Assembly (NCBI GenBank): GCA_027067085.1
Contig: JAMOMM010000261.1
Coordinates: 1 to 39,422 of the forward strand
DNA: 39,422 nucleotides
Source: Hyphomicrobiales bacterium
Lineage (GTDB): Bacteria; Pseudomonadota; Alphaproteobacteria; Rhizobiales; Aestuariivirgaceae
Reading direction: 5' to 3'
This document shows, piece after piece, positions 9,078 to 17,885 of this stretch (positions within the stretch are counted from its first letter, which is position 1; the number at the start of each line of letters is the position of its first letter). Below the pieces are notes generated by a model that saw only the letters and a list, made by a program, of their open reading frames with translations, was not told the DNA's origin and ran no database searches. A program made the position numbers and the translations under genes.

Positions 9078-9533
9078 TTAACTCCTTTGCATTGTTTTAA
9101 GTTCTTCAATTGGCTCATCGTTCTGTGCTTGCTCACGTTGCATCGCCTTCAACATCATGTCCTCGATAACAAATAGTTTTCGTAGAGTTTTAAGTGCTTC
9201 AAAGTTACGAGCAGAATTAACTAAATTTTTCACCTCTATTAAACCCTCTGCAAGGTCATCGCTTGGGCACATCGCGACAATTTGAGTGTGCATTTGATAG
9301 AAGTTTTGACGCGTTTCAAAACCCGCTTCTGGGTCAACGAGTAACTTTTGTAAATTAGTGTACATTTTTTTAAGTGGTGTTGTGGCTTGACTCGGCTTCA
9401 ACATATGGCTTTCAAGAAGAAAAGTGACGGTGTTGAGAAATTCCAATGAGGTCTTTCGATCAACGCGAACCATCGCTCCATTTATGAAAATAGTTTCACC
9501 AGCCCTCAATGATATTTGAATAGTATGCTTCAT
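9078..9533 (-). CDS. flbT: flagellin synthesis regulator FlbT
   Basis: The N-terminus is IQISLRAGETIFINGAMVRVDRKTSLEFLNTVTFLLESHMLKPSQATTPLKKMY, typical of FlbT. It is adjacent to flaF. Confidence 0.85.
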   Translation of the reverse strand: MKHTIQISLRAGETIFINGAMVRVDRKTSLEFLNTVTFLLESHMLKPSQATTPLKKMYTNLQKLLVDPEAGFETRQNFYQMHTQIVAMCPSDDLAEGLIEVKNLVNSARNFEALKTLRKLFVIEDMMLKAMQREQAQNDEPIEELKTMQRS

Positions 9534-9877
9534 GATAAGCCCTGTTTCAACATCTTTGAAACCTCTATCAAATTTTTAAAATCTTTACTTTGGCCCTGGC
9601 GTAAACGCTCTATTTCTTGCAGCACCCAAATTCCCACTGAAATGATATCTGCCTTTAAAATATCATCGAAACCATTTTCTTTTTTTGTCAGGTCCTCGAT
9701 AAAGAACACCCAAAGCCGGTGGACAAAAAACTGCGCCTCAATAGCTTGCATCGACCCAATGCCATGTTCTTGGGCAGCGTATAAAAGTTCTAATGCTTTA
9801 TCAAAAGCTACAGATTCATTTTCGCGCTCAGCTTGACTGCCGTCATTTCTGATTTCTTGGTAACTACTTTGGTACAT
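9530..9877 (-). CDS. flaF: flagellin synthesis regulator FlaF
   Basis: A 115-aa protein with FFVHRLWVFFIEDL..ADIISVGIWVLQEIERL..IEVSKMLKQGL. It has a 4-nt overlap with flbT. Confidence 0.85.
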   Translation of the reverse strand: MYQSSYQEIRNDGSQAERENESVAFDKALELLYAAQEHGIGSMQAIEAQFFVHRLWVFFIEDLTKKENGFDDILKADIISVGIWVLQEIERLRQGQSKDFKNLIEVSKMLKQGLS

Positions 9878-9911
9878 AATTCACAAATCCAACCCTATGT
9901 TCAATTTAAAT

Positions 9912-10961
9912 TTAGAAATATTTCAGCAATGAAAGCTGATTTATTTTGCCAGTCAATACATATGCAGTTTCAAGTTGAGTGCTCAACGAATTGATCCTGA
10001 CGGCAACTTCAGTTGCATCAACTCCCTCATAGTTCCCAATTAGTTTTTGGAAAATATTGCTTTGCACATCTAACCTTTCTTCAGCCAACTTTACCCGCTC
10101 TTCGATAACACCAACTGTCGCTCTAACTTGATTTAATTCATCAATTGTGTCGCTTATCATTTGCGCGGATTTATCCATGACCATTTGAAAAACTGCACCA
10201 TTTTGTTCAGTTGTTCCAAGATCACTCGCCATTGTGTATGCCATGGTAAGCTTGCGCATTGCTGACGTGTTGGCATTCACCGATGTTGACATCGTTTCAT
10301 TAAAGCCAATTCGTGTCGCTAAATTATTGCTTGATGCTTTTGACCAATTGGTTTCCCAGTCAGGGCTATCAAAAAGGTTCGAAAACGCATTATCGATAAA
10401 GCTTTCCATCGCTGCGACACTAATCGTTGAAACTGCTGGACTTGATTGTGCGAACCCAAATTCAGCGAAGAAAGCTGCATCAACAGCCTGTTTCGAAGCA
10501 GGTGGTGGAGTTTCAAAGTAGTTTTCAAATGGTGGTTGCTCTACGTTGATACCAGAGAAAATCGAAACACCATTGACACTTGTGTTAAGTGCTCCGAGTA
10601 CAGACTTGTAGCTTTCAGAAATACTCGACAGCGTAACCTCGGCAGAAAGTTGATTACTGCGCGATGCAATAGTTGTTGCCAAAAAATTTTGAGCCTCATT
10701 CGATATTACCGATAGAGCTTCTTGAGTAAACTCAGCGCGAATTTTTACAACCGCATTGCTGCTCTTTATTGTTTCAGACAATGACAATTGAGCCCGGTAA
10801 TCAAGGACTAGCCCAGTATTTTCGGCAAGCTTGTATCCAACATCCTGCCAACGGCCGCTCGAGAGCTCAACTTGTGCTTCATTTAAATTTTTTTGTATTT
10901 TACCAATTGATAGCAACGTATTGTTCGATGCTACATGGAATGGTACAAGAGTTGATCTCAT
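9912..10961 (-). CDS. flgL: hook-filament junction protein FlgL (HAP3)
   Basis: It has flagellin-like termini (LNEAQVELSSGRWQD at the N-terminus, coiled-coil C-terminus ..INSLSTQLETAYVLTGKINQLSLLKYF) and lies directly downstream of flgK. Confidence 0.85.
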   Translation of the reverse strand: MRSTLVPFHVASNNTLLSIGKIQKNLNEAQVELSSGRWQDVGYKLAENTGLVLDYRAQLSLSETIKSSNAVVKIRAEFTQEALSVISNEAQNFLATTIASRSNQLSAEVTLSSISESYKSVLGALNTSVNGVSIFSGINVEQPPFENYFETPPPASKQAVDAAFFAEFGFAQSSPAVSTISVAAMESFIDNAFSNLFDSPDWETNWSKASSNNLATRIGFNETMSTSVNANTSAMRKLTMAYTMASDLGTTEQNGAVFQMVMDKSAQMISDTIDELNQVRATVGVIEERVKLAEERLDVQSNIFQKLIGNYEGVDATEVAVRINSLSTQLETAYVLTGKINQLSLLKYF

Positions 10962-10963
10962 AA

Positions 10964-12445
10964 TTATCTCATCGAGGCTAACAGGGTTGAAAACATCGAG
11001 TCAATCGTACTTAGCAAACGGGCAGATGCTTCATACGATCGTTCCAATTCCATCATCAATGCTAATTCATTATCAAGATTAACACCTGTGGACTGGGACA
11101 AGGCCTGCGAAGACCGAGCCAACAAAGTCGCTTTGTATTCCGCATCATTTGTCTGATTGGCCCTCATACTTTCAAACCAGGAAGCTGAAGAATTTGAAAA
11201 CGCAGCCAACGATTGGCTAACACCTAGGTTTGCGTTCCCATCAAATGTACGATCGCTAGATAATGCATCAAACAGCGATGATACTCTATCTGAGAAACCA
11301 GCCGCTCCTGTCACGTTATAAGTATAAGCAGGATTACCTGGGTTTGAAATTGATCCGTCTCGTAGTAAATTCACATTCCCTCCGACGTTGGAGTCAACGT
11401 TAGGATTAATAAAAATTTGTCCCGCAAGCCCAACGACTAGCGTACCCGTTGGGGGAACTGCTGGCCCACCAGTGTAACTAAACAAGCCCGCGGCATCAGG
11501 TAACGTAGGGACCGCACTTTGATCTGTTTCGGCAAACGCCTCAATAAGACCTCGAGCAACTTCATCCAGCTGATTTTGGAATGTAATAGAGATAGTATCA
11601 CGCACCTCAATCAAACCACTGAGTCTACCTGAATTCATCCCCATTGTTGCTGGGTTTCCAGTAACCCGAACACCATCAATAAAGACCTGATTTCCAACTG
11701 TATTTGGCGAATATATCGATACAGGTTCAAAAGAAACTAGGCGTGGTTGTTTTTCATACAAAACCGCTCCGCCTTGAGCGTATACTGCCAAATCATTATT
11801 TTTTCCACTGACTGTACGAATATCAAGTTCTTGGGAGAGCTGTGCCAAAACACTGTCACGTTCATCTAAAAGCGAAACCAATTCACTAGGAGATCCTGAA
11901 CCTCGCACAATATCGCTGTTTGCGGCGTGAAATCTTGTCAAAAGAAGGTTTATTTTATCGACAGATTTACCAATATCGGCATCAGCTTTTGCTCTAGTTT
12001 GCTGAACGACACTAGTTGCATCATTAAGCCCTTTTGCAAGGTTATTCGCAGTATAAATTGCATTTTCAGCAACAACTGGATCGTGAGGAATGCTCGCATA
12101 TGCTTGCAAAGCATTTTGAAATTTTGTTATCAAAGCAGCTGGTGACATTTCTGTTTCAGGATCACCAATTGTTCGTTCTAGACTCCTCAAGCCATCAACA
12201 ATAACTTGGCTACGAGTGCTACTCGAAGTCACTTCCAAGAATTGCCGGAACTGGGCAATATCATCGGCGCGTGAAATTTTTACTTTCAGTACGCCTCCAC
12301 CTGGCACACTTACAGCTTCTGTCTGTCGTCGTGTAAAATTCGGGTTATTTACATTGCTTATATTTTCAGCCGTGGCTGCAGATTCCACCGATCGCGCAGT
12401 AATTGATGAGCGAGCGGCATTAATAGCGGCTGTTAAATTCATCAT
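10964..12445 (-). CDS. flgK: hook-filament junction protein FlgK (HAP1)
   Basis: The N-terminus carries AATAENISNVNNPNFTRRQ and the C-terminus carries GVNLDNELALMMELERSYEASARLLSTID. Confidence 0.92.
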   Translation of the reverse strand: MMNLTAAINAARSSITARSVESAATAENISNVNNPNFTRRQTEAVSVPGGGVLKVKISRADDIAQFRQFLEVTSSSTRSQVIVDGLRSLERTIGDPETEMSPAALITKFQNALQAYASIPHDPVVAENAIYTANNLAKGLNDATSVVQQTRAKADADIGKSVDKINLLLTRFHAANSDIVRGSGSPSELVSLLDERDSVLAQLSQELDIRTVSGKNNDLAVYAQGGAVLYEKQPRLVSFEPVSIYSPNTVGNQVFIDGVRVTGNPATMGMNSGRLSGLIEVRDTISITFQNQLDEVARGLIEAFAETDQSAVPTLPDAAGLFSYTGGPAVPPTGTLVVGLAGQIFINPNVDSNVGGNVNLLRDGSISNPGNPAYTYNVTGAAGFSDRVSSLFDALSSDRTFDGNANLGVSQSLAAFSNSSASWFESMRANQTNDAEYKATLLARSSQALSQSTGVNLDNELALMMELERSYEASARLLSTIDSMFSTLLASMR

Positions 12446-12471
12446 GAATCACATCCCTCACAAATAGATTT

Positions 12472-13734
12472 TTATCGTTTTAGGTTAACAACAACATCCA
12501 ATAATTCTGAGCCAGCCTGAAACACTTTTGAATTGGCTTGATACCCTCGTTGGGCTTCAATCATTTGTGTTAACTCCGTTGCCAAATCAACAGTCGAACG
12601 TTCTTTAGCACCTGATATGATGGAGCCACGGCCGCCTGTCTTTGCAAATCCAACAAGAACATCACCAGAATCTTTTGTGGTTTGGAAAACATCTCCAGGA
12701 AGCATGCGCAAACTATTTGGACTTGAAACCGTAGCAATAGGAATGATGAAAGTAGTTACCCTAGATGCATCACTAAATGAACTGTACATCGTCCCAGTAT
12801 TATCAATTTCTAACAAATCAAATCCTGATGCGGTGTTGCCATCAACTTGGGCATTTAGAACGGTAAAGTCTGCGGCCAACTGGGTTGTTCCCGATATGTC
12901 AATTAACAAATTTTGCCCATTTGGAACCGCAATTGTAAGACTTGTTGGGCTTGCACCTGTCAATCCTCCTGTACTTGGATCAAAAGTAAGAGTATCTGTG
13001 AGAAGTGCCGCTGTTGAATAAGGAAAGCCACCACTTGGGGATGCATCGGTTTGAGAATATACTGATACTTCCCACGTATTGGCCGCCGTTTTAGAATAAT
13101 AGACATCGACTAATTCTTCATTGCCTAAATTGTCAAAGGCAACCAACGACGTTTTTGCCGTATATTCGGAAAGAGCGCCATTGGTTGATGGCAACAATGC
13201 TGCACCAATCGTTGCTGCGTTAGATGGAATATTTGATTTTAAGGTACCAACTATTGAAGGGCGCGCCGTTAGTGTGGTGTCAGACATTCTAGTGCGGGTC
13301 AACCCAGCAAATCCATTAGCCGTCGGCGATGGGCTCTGGCCTTCTGTTACATCATAACTTAGTAAATAAAATCCAGCCGCGTTAACAAGATACCCTTCTG
13401 AATCTGGGACAAATGAACCTGCCCTCGTCAGGACCTTTGCACCTGTTGGGTCTTCAACTACGAAAAACCCATTTCCACGAATGGCTAAATCAGTAACAGA
13501 TTCCGTGTATTGTAAACTTCCTTGTTCATCGACAGCGCGCCGCAAGCGCGTATCAACGCCACCAGACACATATTCTCCAGTAACCGACTGGGGAATTCGA
13601 GAAGAAAATTCAGTCTCAGCTCTTTTGTAACCAGTGGTATCGGCGTTAGCAATATTATCAGCAACCGCTGAAAGTTTATTTCCTTGAGCGTGCATGCCAG
13701 ACACCCCAGTTCTCATTACATTTCCAACACCCAT
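12472..13734 (-). CDS. flgE: flagellar hook protein FlgE
   Basis: Contains MGVGNVMRTGVSGMHAQGNKLSAVADNIANADTTGYKR and C-terminal TELTQMIEAQRGYQANSKV. I prefer the start at 13734, where a GAAGGAGA Shine-Dalgarno lies 5 nt upstream. The ORF track extends 9 codons further, to 13761. Confidence 0.93.
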   Translation of the reverse strand: MGVGNVMRTGVSGMHAQGNKLSAVADNIANADTTGYKRAETEFSSRIPQSVTGEYVSGGVDTRLRRAVDEQGSLQYTESVTDLAIRGNGFFVVEDPTGAKVLTRAGSFVPDSEGYLVNAAGFYLLSYDVTEGQSPSPTANGFAGLTRTRMSDTTLTARPSIVGTLKSNIPSNAATIGAALLPSTNGALSEYTAKTSLVAFDNLGNEELVDVYYSKTAANTWEVSVYSQTDASPSGGFPYSTAALLTDTLTFDPSTGGLTGASPTSLTIAVPNGQNLLIDISGTTQLAADFTVLNAQVDGNTASGFDLLEIDNTGTMYSSFSDASRVTTFIIPIATVSSPNSLRMLPGDVFQTTKDSGDVLVGFAKTGGRGSIISGAKERSTVDLATELTQMIEAQRGYQANSKVFQAGSELLDVVVNLKR

Positions 13735-13806
13735 AACTATCTCCTTCACTAAAAGAATCACTGCCTAATCAAACAAACTCAATCTTGTGTTAAGCTTGGC
13801 GAGTAA

Positions 13807-14487
13807 CTAATTGATTGAAGGTACGTTTAAGCAATATCCTAAGAAACGTTTTGCATCCACAGGATCATAGCCAAGCACTTTACGTAGTTTTTTGCGTAGT
13901 TTGGATACATGGCTTTCAACAACACTTTCATCGACTTCGGTTTCAAACAAACCATAAACCACATTGAATAACTGAGCTTTGGTGATACGTTTTCCCTTGT
14001 TACGGACAAGATATTCAAGAATTCTATACTCACGCCGTGGCAACTGAAACGCGGCACCATTTATAACTGGTGGACGCCCATCGAGAAATATTTTGATTTC
14101 GCCAGCATTAAACTCTTTGGCAAGTTCTTGTTGTCTATTTATTATTGCTCCCATCCGAGCAATTATCTCTTTGACATGGACTGGCTTACGCACCACGTCA
14201 TCAACACCAACTGAAAATAATTGTAAAATATTTTGCAAACCTGAGTTTTCACTCATCACAATAACTGGCGCGCTAGAACGTTTTTTTATTGTTTCAGGCA
14301 GTGCTAAGTCTTGCGAGTCCCCCGAGATCAAAAAGGCCTCAACAGCTGATAAGTCATTGGGTGAAACTGACCAGATCCATTCATTAAATTCCAACGGGTC
14401 AAACCCAGCCGAAGAGATACCTTCACGGTTGAAACCCATTTTATACCCATCAATAACTAGTGTGCGCTCGTCCACAATGACAATCAT
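13807..14487 (-). CDS. ftcR: OmpR-family flagellar master regulator FtcR/Rem-type
   Basis: A receiver domain (MIVIVDERTLVIDGY..VVRKPVHVKEIIARM) plus a winged-helix domain (REYRILEYLVRNKGKRITKAQLF..VESHVSKLRKKL). Its position between the fliK-side operon and flgE matches Brucella ftcR and Sinorhizobium rem. Confidence 0.85.
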   Translation of the reverse strand: MIVIVDERTLVIDGYKMGFNREGISSAGFDPLEFNEWIWSVSPNDLSAVEAFLISGDSQDLALPETIKKRSSAPVIVMSENSGLQNILQLFSVGVDDVVRKPVHVKEIIARMGAIINRQQELAKEFNAGEIKIFLDGRPPVINGAAFQLPRREYRILEYLVRNKGKRITKAQLFNVVYGLFETEVDESVVESHVSKLRKKLRKVLGYDPVDAKRFLGYCLNVPSIN

Positions 14488-14714
14488 GTTTAACTCCCCA
14501 GCTTAACATTTAATTAACCGAATCAGGTCATTAGAATCGGTTAGATATTTTTCCACACCTGCGCAAACCAACAGTTGATATGTTTTTGATTTTAGGTATA
14601 TATGCGTTGGTTGTTGATTCGTACGTTGGGTGCGTTTTGCTTTTTTGACCAAAAGGTCCCCGCAAAAAAATTCGACTTCAAGCTCAAATTTAGGTCAAAA
14701 CTCGAACCTAAGCC

Positions 14715-14739
14715 GTTAAAAATATTGAATATTTTTAAC
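14715..14739. promoter_or_regulatory. perfect 25-bp AT-rich palindrome in the ftcR upstream region
   Basis: The sequence is GTTAAAAATATT-g-AATATTTTTAAC, with 12-bp perfect arms. It lies 10 nt beyond the transglycosylase stop and about 230 bp upstream of the ftcR start. Confidence 0.5.
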
Positions 14740-14749
14740 TTGGTGATCG

Positions 14750-15322
14750 TTACATACAAAAAAATCTTGATTCTTTTGTCCATTTTCCAAAGCCACTCGC
14801 GACTAAATTTCTAATAACAGTGCAAACATATTTTTTCTGCGCAACCACGTTTTTAGGACCTGCGTGATAACGCGCTGCTGCGAGTGTCCAAGAGCCTTCT
14901 CGTTTAAAGAGTTTTTGTAAAAAACGCGCCGCATAGTCAACGTTTTTGCGCGGATCCAACATCTCCTCAACCGAATTAAATTGTTTGGAATGATAATAAT
15001 AATTTATCTGCATACAGCCTAGGTCGATCATCTTAATACCACGGGCTCTAGCATCTCTAAACACGTTTAATGCTTTGGTTTTATTTGAGGGATAAAAGCC
15101 CTTGCCAGCCACATTAAGGGCGTAAGGGTGCATTGATTTAGCATTTCCTGTCTCTGTCAAGCCAATGGCATAAAGGAACCCCAAAGGTACCCCATGGGTT
15201 TTGGCACTGGCTGCTATATGAGGTTCGCATTTTTGACGAAATGTAGCAGAAAAACTGGAGCTACTAAAGATACTTAGCTCCATCCAAACTAACGCGAGCA
15301 GAATGCAAAACATCCTCATCAT
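14750..15322 (-). CDS. flagellar-cluster lytic transglycosylase (SLT domain), secreted
   Basis: It has a signal peptide (MMRMFCILLALVWMELSIFSSSSFSA) and an SLT-like core (LYAIGLTETGN..HPYALNVAGKGF..DLGCMQINYYYH..YAARFL..AARYHAG). The 246-aa ORF-track form overlaps fliK heavily. I chose the start at 15322, but 15319 and 15313 are also possible. Confidence 0.8.
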   Translation of the reverse strand: MMRMFCILLALVWMELSIFSSSSFSATFRQKCEPHIAASAKTHGVPLGFLYAIGLTETGNAKSMHPYALNVAGKGFYPSNKTKALNVFRDARARGIKMIDLGCMQINYYYHSKQFNSVEEMLDPRKNVDYAARFLQKLFKREGSWTLAAARYHAGPKNVVAQKKYVCTVIRNLVASGFGKWTKESRFFCM

Positions 15323-16694
15323 TACTCGTTTGTTGGAGGTCCTGATCATAATTCTTACTTTCGTTTTTAGCAGCCCTTTGGTTCTTACTTTGCCCAGGGT
15401 TTTGATCTGTACTTTGTCCTTGCTTAGGCATTTCTCTATCAAAAGTTTTTGATGCTCCACCATCTCCAATATCCTTACTAGTCGTACCAAGTTCAGAGTC
15501 TTTTATACTGACAGAAATATCATCTACGATTAATCCTGCCGCTTGAATTTGAAGCTTTAAGTTTGCAACATCAGCATTAATTCGACCAGCAATGTTGTGG
15601 TTTTCAGCAATGATGGAGACCACGAATTTTTGACCTACCAATGACATTCTCACCGAAATTGTACCCAGATTCTCTGGCTTGAGTTGAATCGTTAAAAATT
15701 TTACTGATTTAGATACAGTCTTTGTTTCCACGTTTTCAAACTGCGAAGTCAATAACGTTTTCGGCTTCAAACTATGGAGTTCTTGTGACACCAAAATACC
15801 TATTTTTTCGGGTATTTGACTTATAGCGTTTGGAGAAACTTGCCCAGTTTGTCCAACAGATAAAATTTTGACTAGTGGCTGTGATTTATCTTTTTTTTGC
15901 GGCTCGAAGATTTCGACTTTCTTGCTGACTTCTTGCATTTCTCTGATATTAATTGGCATCGTCTTATTTTTTGGAAGTAAATTCGACTTATCAACTTCAC
16001 CAACATGTCGATCCATACCTAACTCACGATGAGATAAACTAATGTTTCTTATGTCTAGTTTTGCGAATCGATTACGTTCATCAACTTGCGTCATCCGATC
16101 TGGAATTTCAGTTCCATTTTTTCGGGGTTTATTGGATAGAGTTTTAGATTGAAAACTCTCATTTGGCCCGAAAGATGTTGGCATCTTAGCTTTGTGCGTT
16201 AGAGCTAAAGAAATTTGTTTCAAATCTACATCATATTTTTTATCTATATTTGAAATACTAGTTACCTTAACAAACGGTGCTTCTACAGCACTTTGTTTTT
16301 GAACAGCATGATTAGTCTCGCCAACCACCTGGTTCTTAAGACGTGCCTCACTCATGTGATTTCGTAGGTCTTTAATTACCAGACTTTGATGTTCCATTCT
16401 AAAGCCCTTTGGTTCGCGATGCGCTCTCTTGTTTTCACCAAATGCCAAGTCAGTTTCAGATGCTTTCAATGCTCTTTCATTAATTGGTTTCTTTAAATCT
16501 AATTTGTCTACATCGCCCCGCTCAATAACTTTTGTCACATCATGAGACAGTTCAGTTTTATCCTTTTCTTCTATTAACTGAGAAAACGTTTTGTCATCCT
16601 TCGGGCCATCATCACGCACTTCTTTTAAACGAAAACCATCGGAACGCCTGTTCGCTTTAGCAGCAATAGGAATTTGAAACTCAATTTGGGCCAT
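15264..16694 (-). CDS. fliK: hook-length control protein FliK
   Basis: A low-complexity N-terminal part plus a C-terminal Flg_hook-type domain (LTIQLKPENLGTISVRMSLVGQKFVVSIIAENHNIAGRINADVANLKLQIQAAG). Confidence 0.8.
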   Translation of the reverse strand: MAQIEFQIPIAAKANRRSDGFRLKEVRDDGPKDDKTFSQLIEEKDKTELSHDVTKVIERGDVDKLDLKKPINERALKASETDLAFGENKRAHREPKGFRMEHQSLVIKDLRNHMSEARLKNQVVGETNHAVQKQSAVEAPFVKVTSISNIDKKYDVDLKQISLALTHKAKMPTSFGPNESFQSKTLSNKPRKNGTEIPDRMTQVDERNRFAKLDIRNISLSHRELGMDRHVGEVDKSNLLPKNKTMPINIREMQEVSKKVEIFEPQKKDKSQPLVKILSVGQTGQVSPNAISQIPEKIGILVSQELHSLKPKTLLTSQFENVETKTVSKSVKFLTIQLKPENLGTISVRMSLVGQKFVVSIIAENHNIAGRINADVANLKLQIQAAGLIVDDISVSIKDSELGTTSKDIGDGGASKTFDREMPKQGQSTDQNPGQSKNQRAAKNESKNYDQDLQQTSNDEDVLHSARVSLDGAKYL

Positions 16695-17883
16695 AAGTTT
16701 TATTCTCCAGTATTTTGGACGCCCCTTTTATCAGATCAATAGCTCGATCAACAGTTTTCGAATTCTGCATGCCGTTACTTTCACCAAGCTTTCCATTTGT
16801 GATTTTGCTCATGGCTTTCTCACCGACAGAATGCGTCGTAATCAATGGTTTCCGAATTTCTGCAAGAATAAGGATAATTGCATCAAGCAACTCTTGATCT
16901 TGGACATCTAACAGCTGGCGATCTACCTTATCAATCAAGTCACTTCCTTCTTTTTCCTTACCAGAAACGATGAGTGTACCGCCAAGGTATAAGTTTGACT
17001 TTGCGACAAATAGCGGTTGTTTTTGCAATATGATAATCGCTTTACGCCCCAAAATTGTCGCCAGTTGAACTTTTCCATCAAGCATCGCAGCTCTTGTGAC
17101 GGTTATGTAAATTGCGGCACGGTTTTCTTCGCTTAACCGATTCATTATTTCTTCTAAGTCTTCAATGAACTTTGAATCAAAACCAAAGTCGAGTATCGAA
17201 ATATAATAAGAAAAGTTTGAGATAAAATCTTTTCGATAATAAGACTTGTTAAACCGCCTAGAATACAAGCGTGACATTCTAATGAACGCTTTTTTATCTC
17301 GATTTGCTCCCGCAATAGCAACGGAACGTCTTAATGCAGCTTCCTCCAACAAAGTTCCAGGCTTGAGCAACCGCACCAACGCAAGTTGTTCCATTGCACG
17401 GCCAGAACCATCATCTCGCCCCGCATACAAACTGGCTCTCGCAAGCGCAATTTGAGCTGCCACATTTGTAGACAAGCCTTCTAAGACAATAGGTTCGAGA
17501 AATTTCAATGCTGCCTTTGGTTCACCAGAAACAAACGCTAACGCGCCTGCTAACACCCCTTTAGGCAGATTTGGTTGATTCTTGATTGCTAGCAATTCAA
17601 TGGCGATATTTGGATTACCACCGCTCAACAAGAAGATAAGTAATGCTTCGGCATTTTTGCGCTCTTGCCAATCAACAATACGGGCTTGCTTAAAACTCTT
17701 ACTCATAAGTCTCAACATCTTGAGTTGAGCTTGATGGGCTTCTAAGTTGCCCAACACGATCTGGTCTTGCAGTTTTTGCAGAGCTAGCGCATATTGAAAG
17801 GGTTCAACTTCTTTGGCAGCACTTACGTTCATAAAGGTGAAAAACATAAGCAGCATACGTAATATGCTTTTTAAGAACTTCAT
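16681..17883 (-). CDS. motC: periplasmic motor protein MotC
   Basis: It has a signal peptide (MKFLKSILRMLLMFFTFMNVSAAKE), is a 400-aa helical repeat protein, and sits between motB and fliK as in Rhizobiaceae. Confidence 0.75.
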   Translation of the reverse strand: MKFLKSILRMLLMFFTFMNVSAAKEVEPFQYALALQKLQDQIVLGNLEAHQAQLKMLRLMSKSFKQARIVDWQERKNAEALLIFLLSGGNPNIAIELLAIKNQPNLPKGVLAGALAFVSGEPKAALKFLEPIVLEGLSTNVAAQIALARASLYAGRDDGSGRAMEQLALVRLLKPGTLLEEAALRRSVAIAGANRDKKAFIRMSRLYSRRFNKSYYRKDFISNFSYYISILDFGFDSKFIEDLEEIMNRLSEENRAAIYITVTRAAMLDGKVQLATILGRKAIIILQKQPLFVAKSNLYLGGTLIVSGKEKEGSDLIDKVDRQLLDVQDQELLDAIILILAEIRKPLITTHSVGEKAMSKITNGKLGESNGMQNSKTVDRAIDLIKGASKILENKTYGPN

Positions 17884-17885
17884 AG

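Noticed and set aside
11963-11970. A GCCGATAT sigma28-like -10 on the minus strand inside flgK, and CCGATAAA inside fliQ (about 8466).
   Set aside because: These are isolated 8-mers within coding sequence, without the GGCAT palindrome or the TCGGT block at the required spacing. I regard them as chance occurrences.
14750-15490. The 246-aa form of the transglycosylase ORF, starting at 15490.
   Set aside because: The first 56 codons are the out-of-frame shadow of the fliK C-terminus and are Lys/Arg-rich with no recognisable domain. The signal peptide starts at residue 57.
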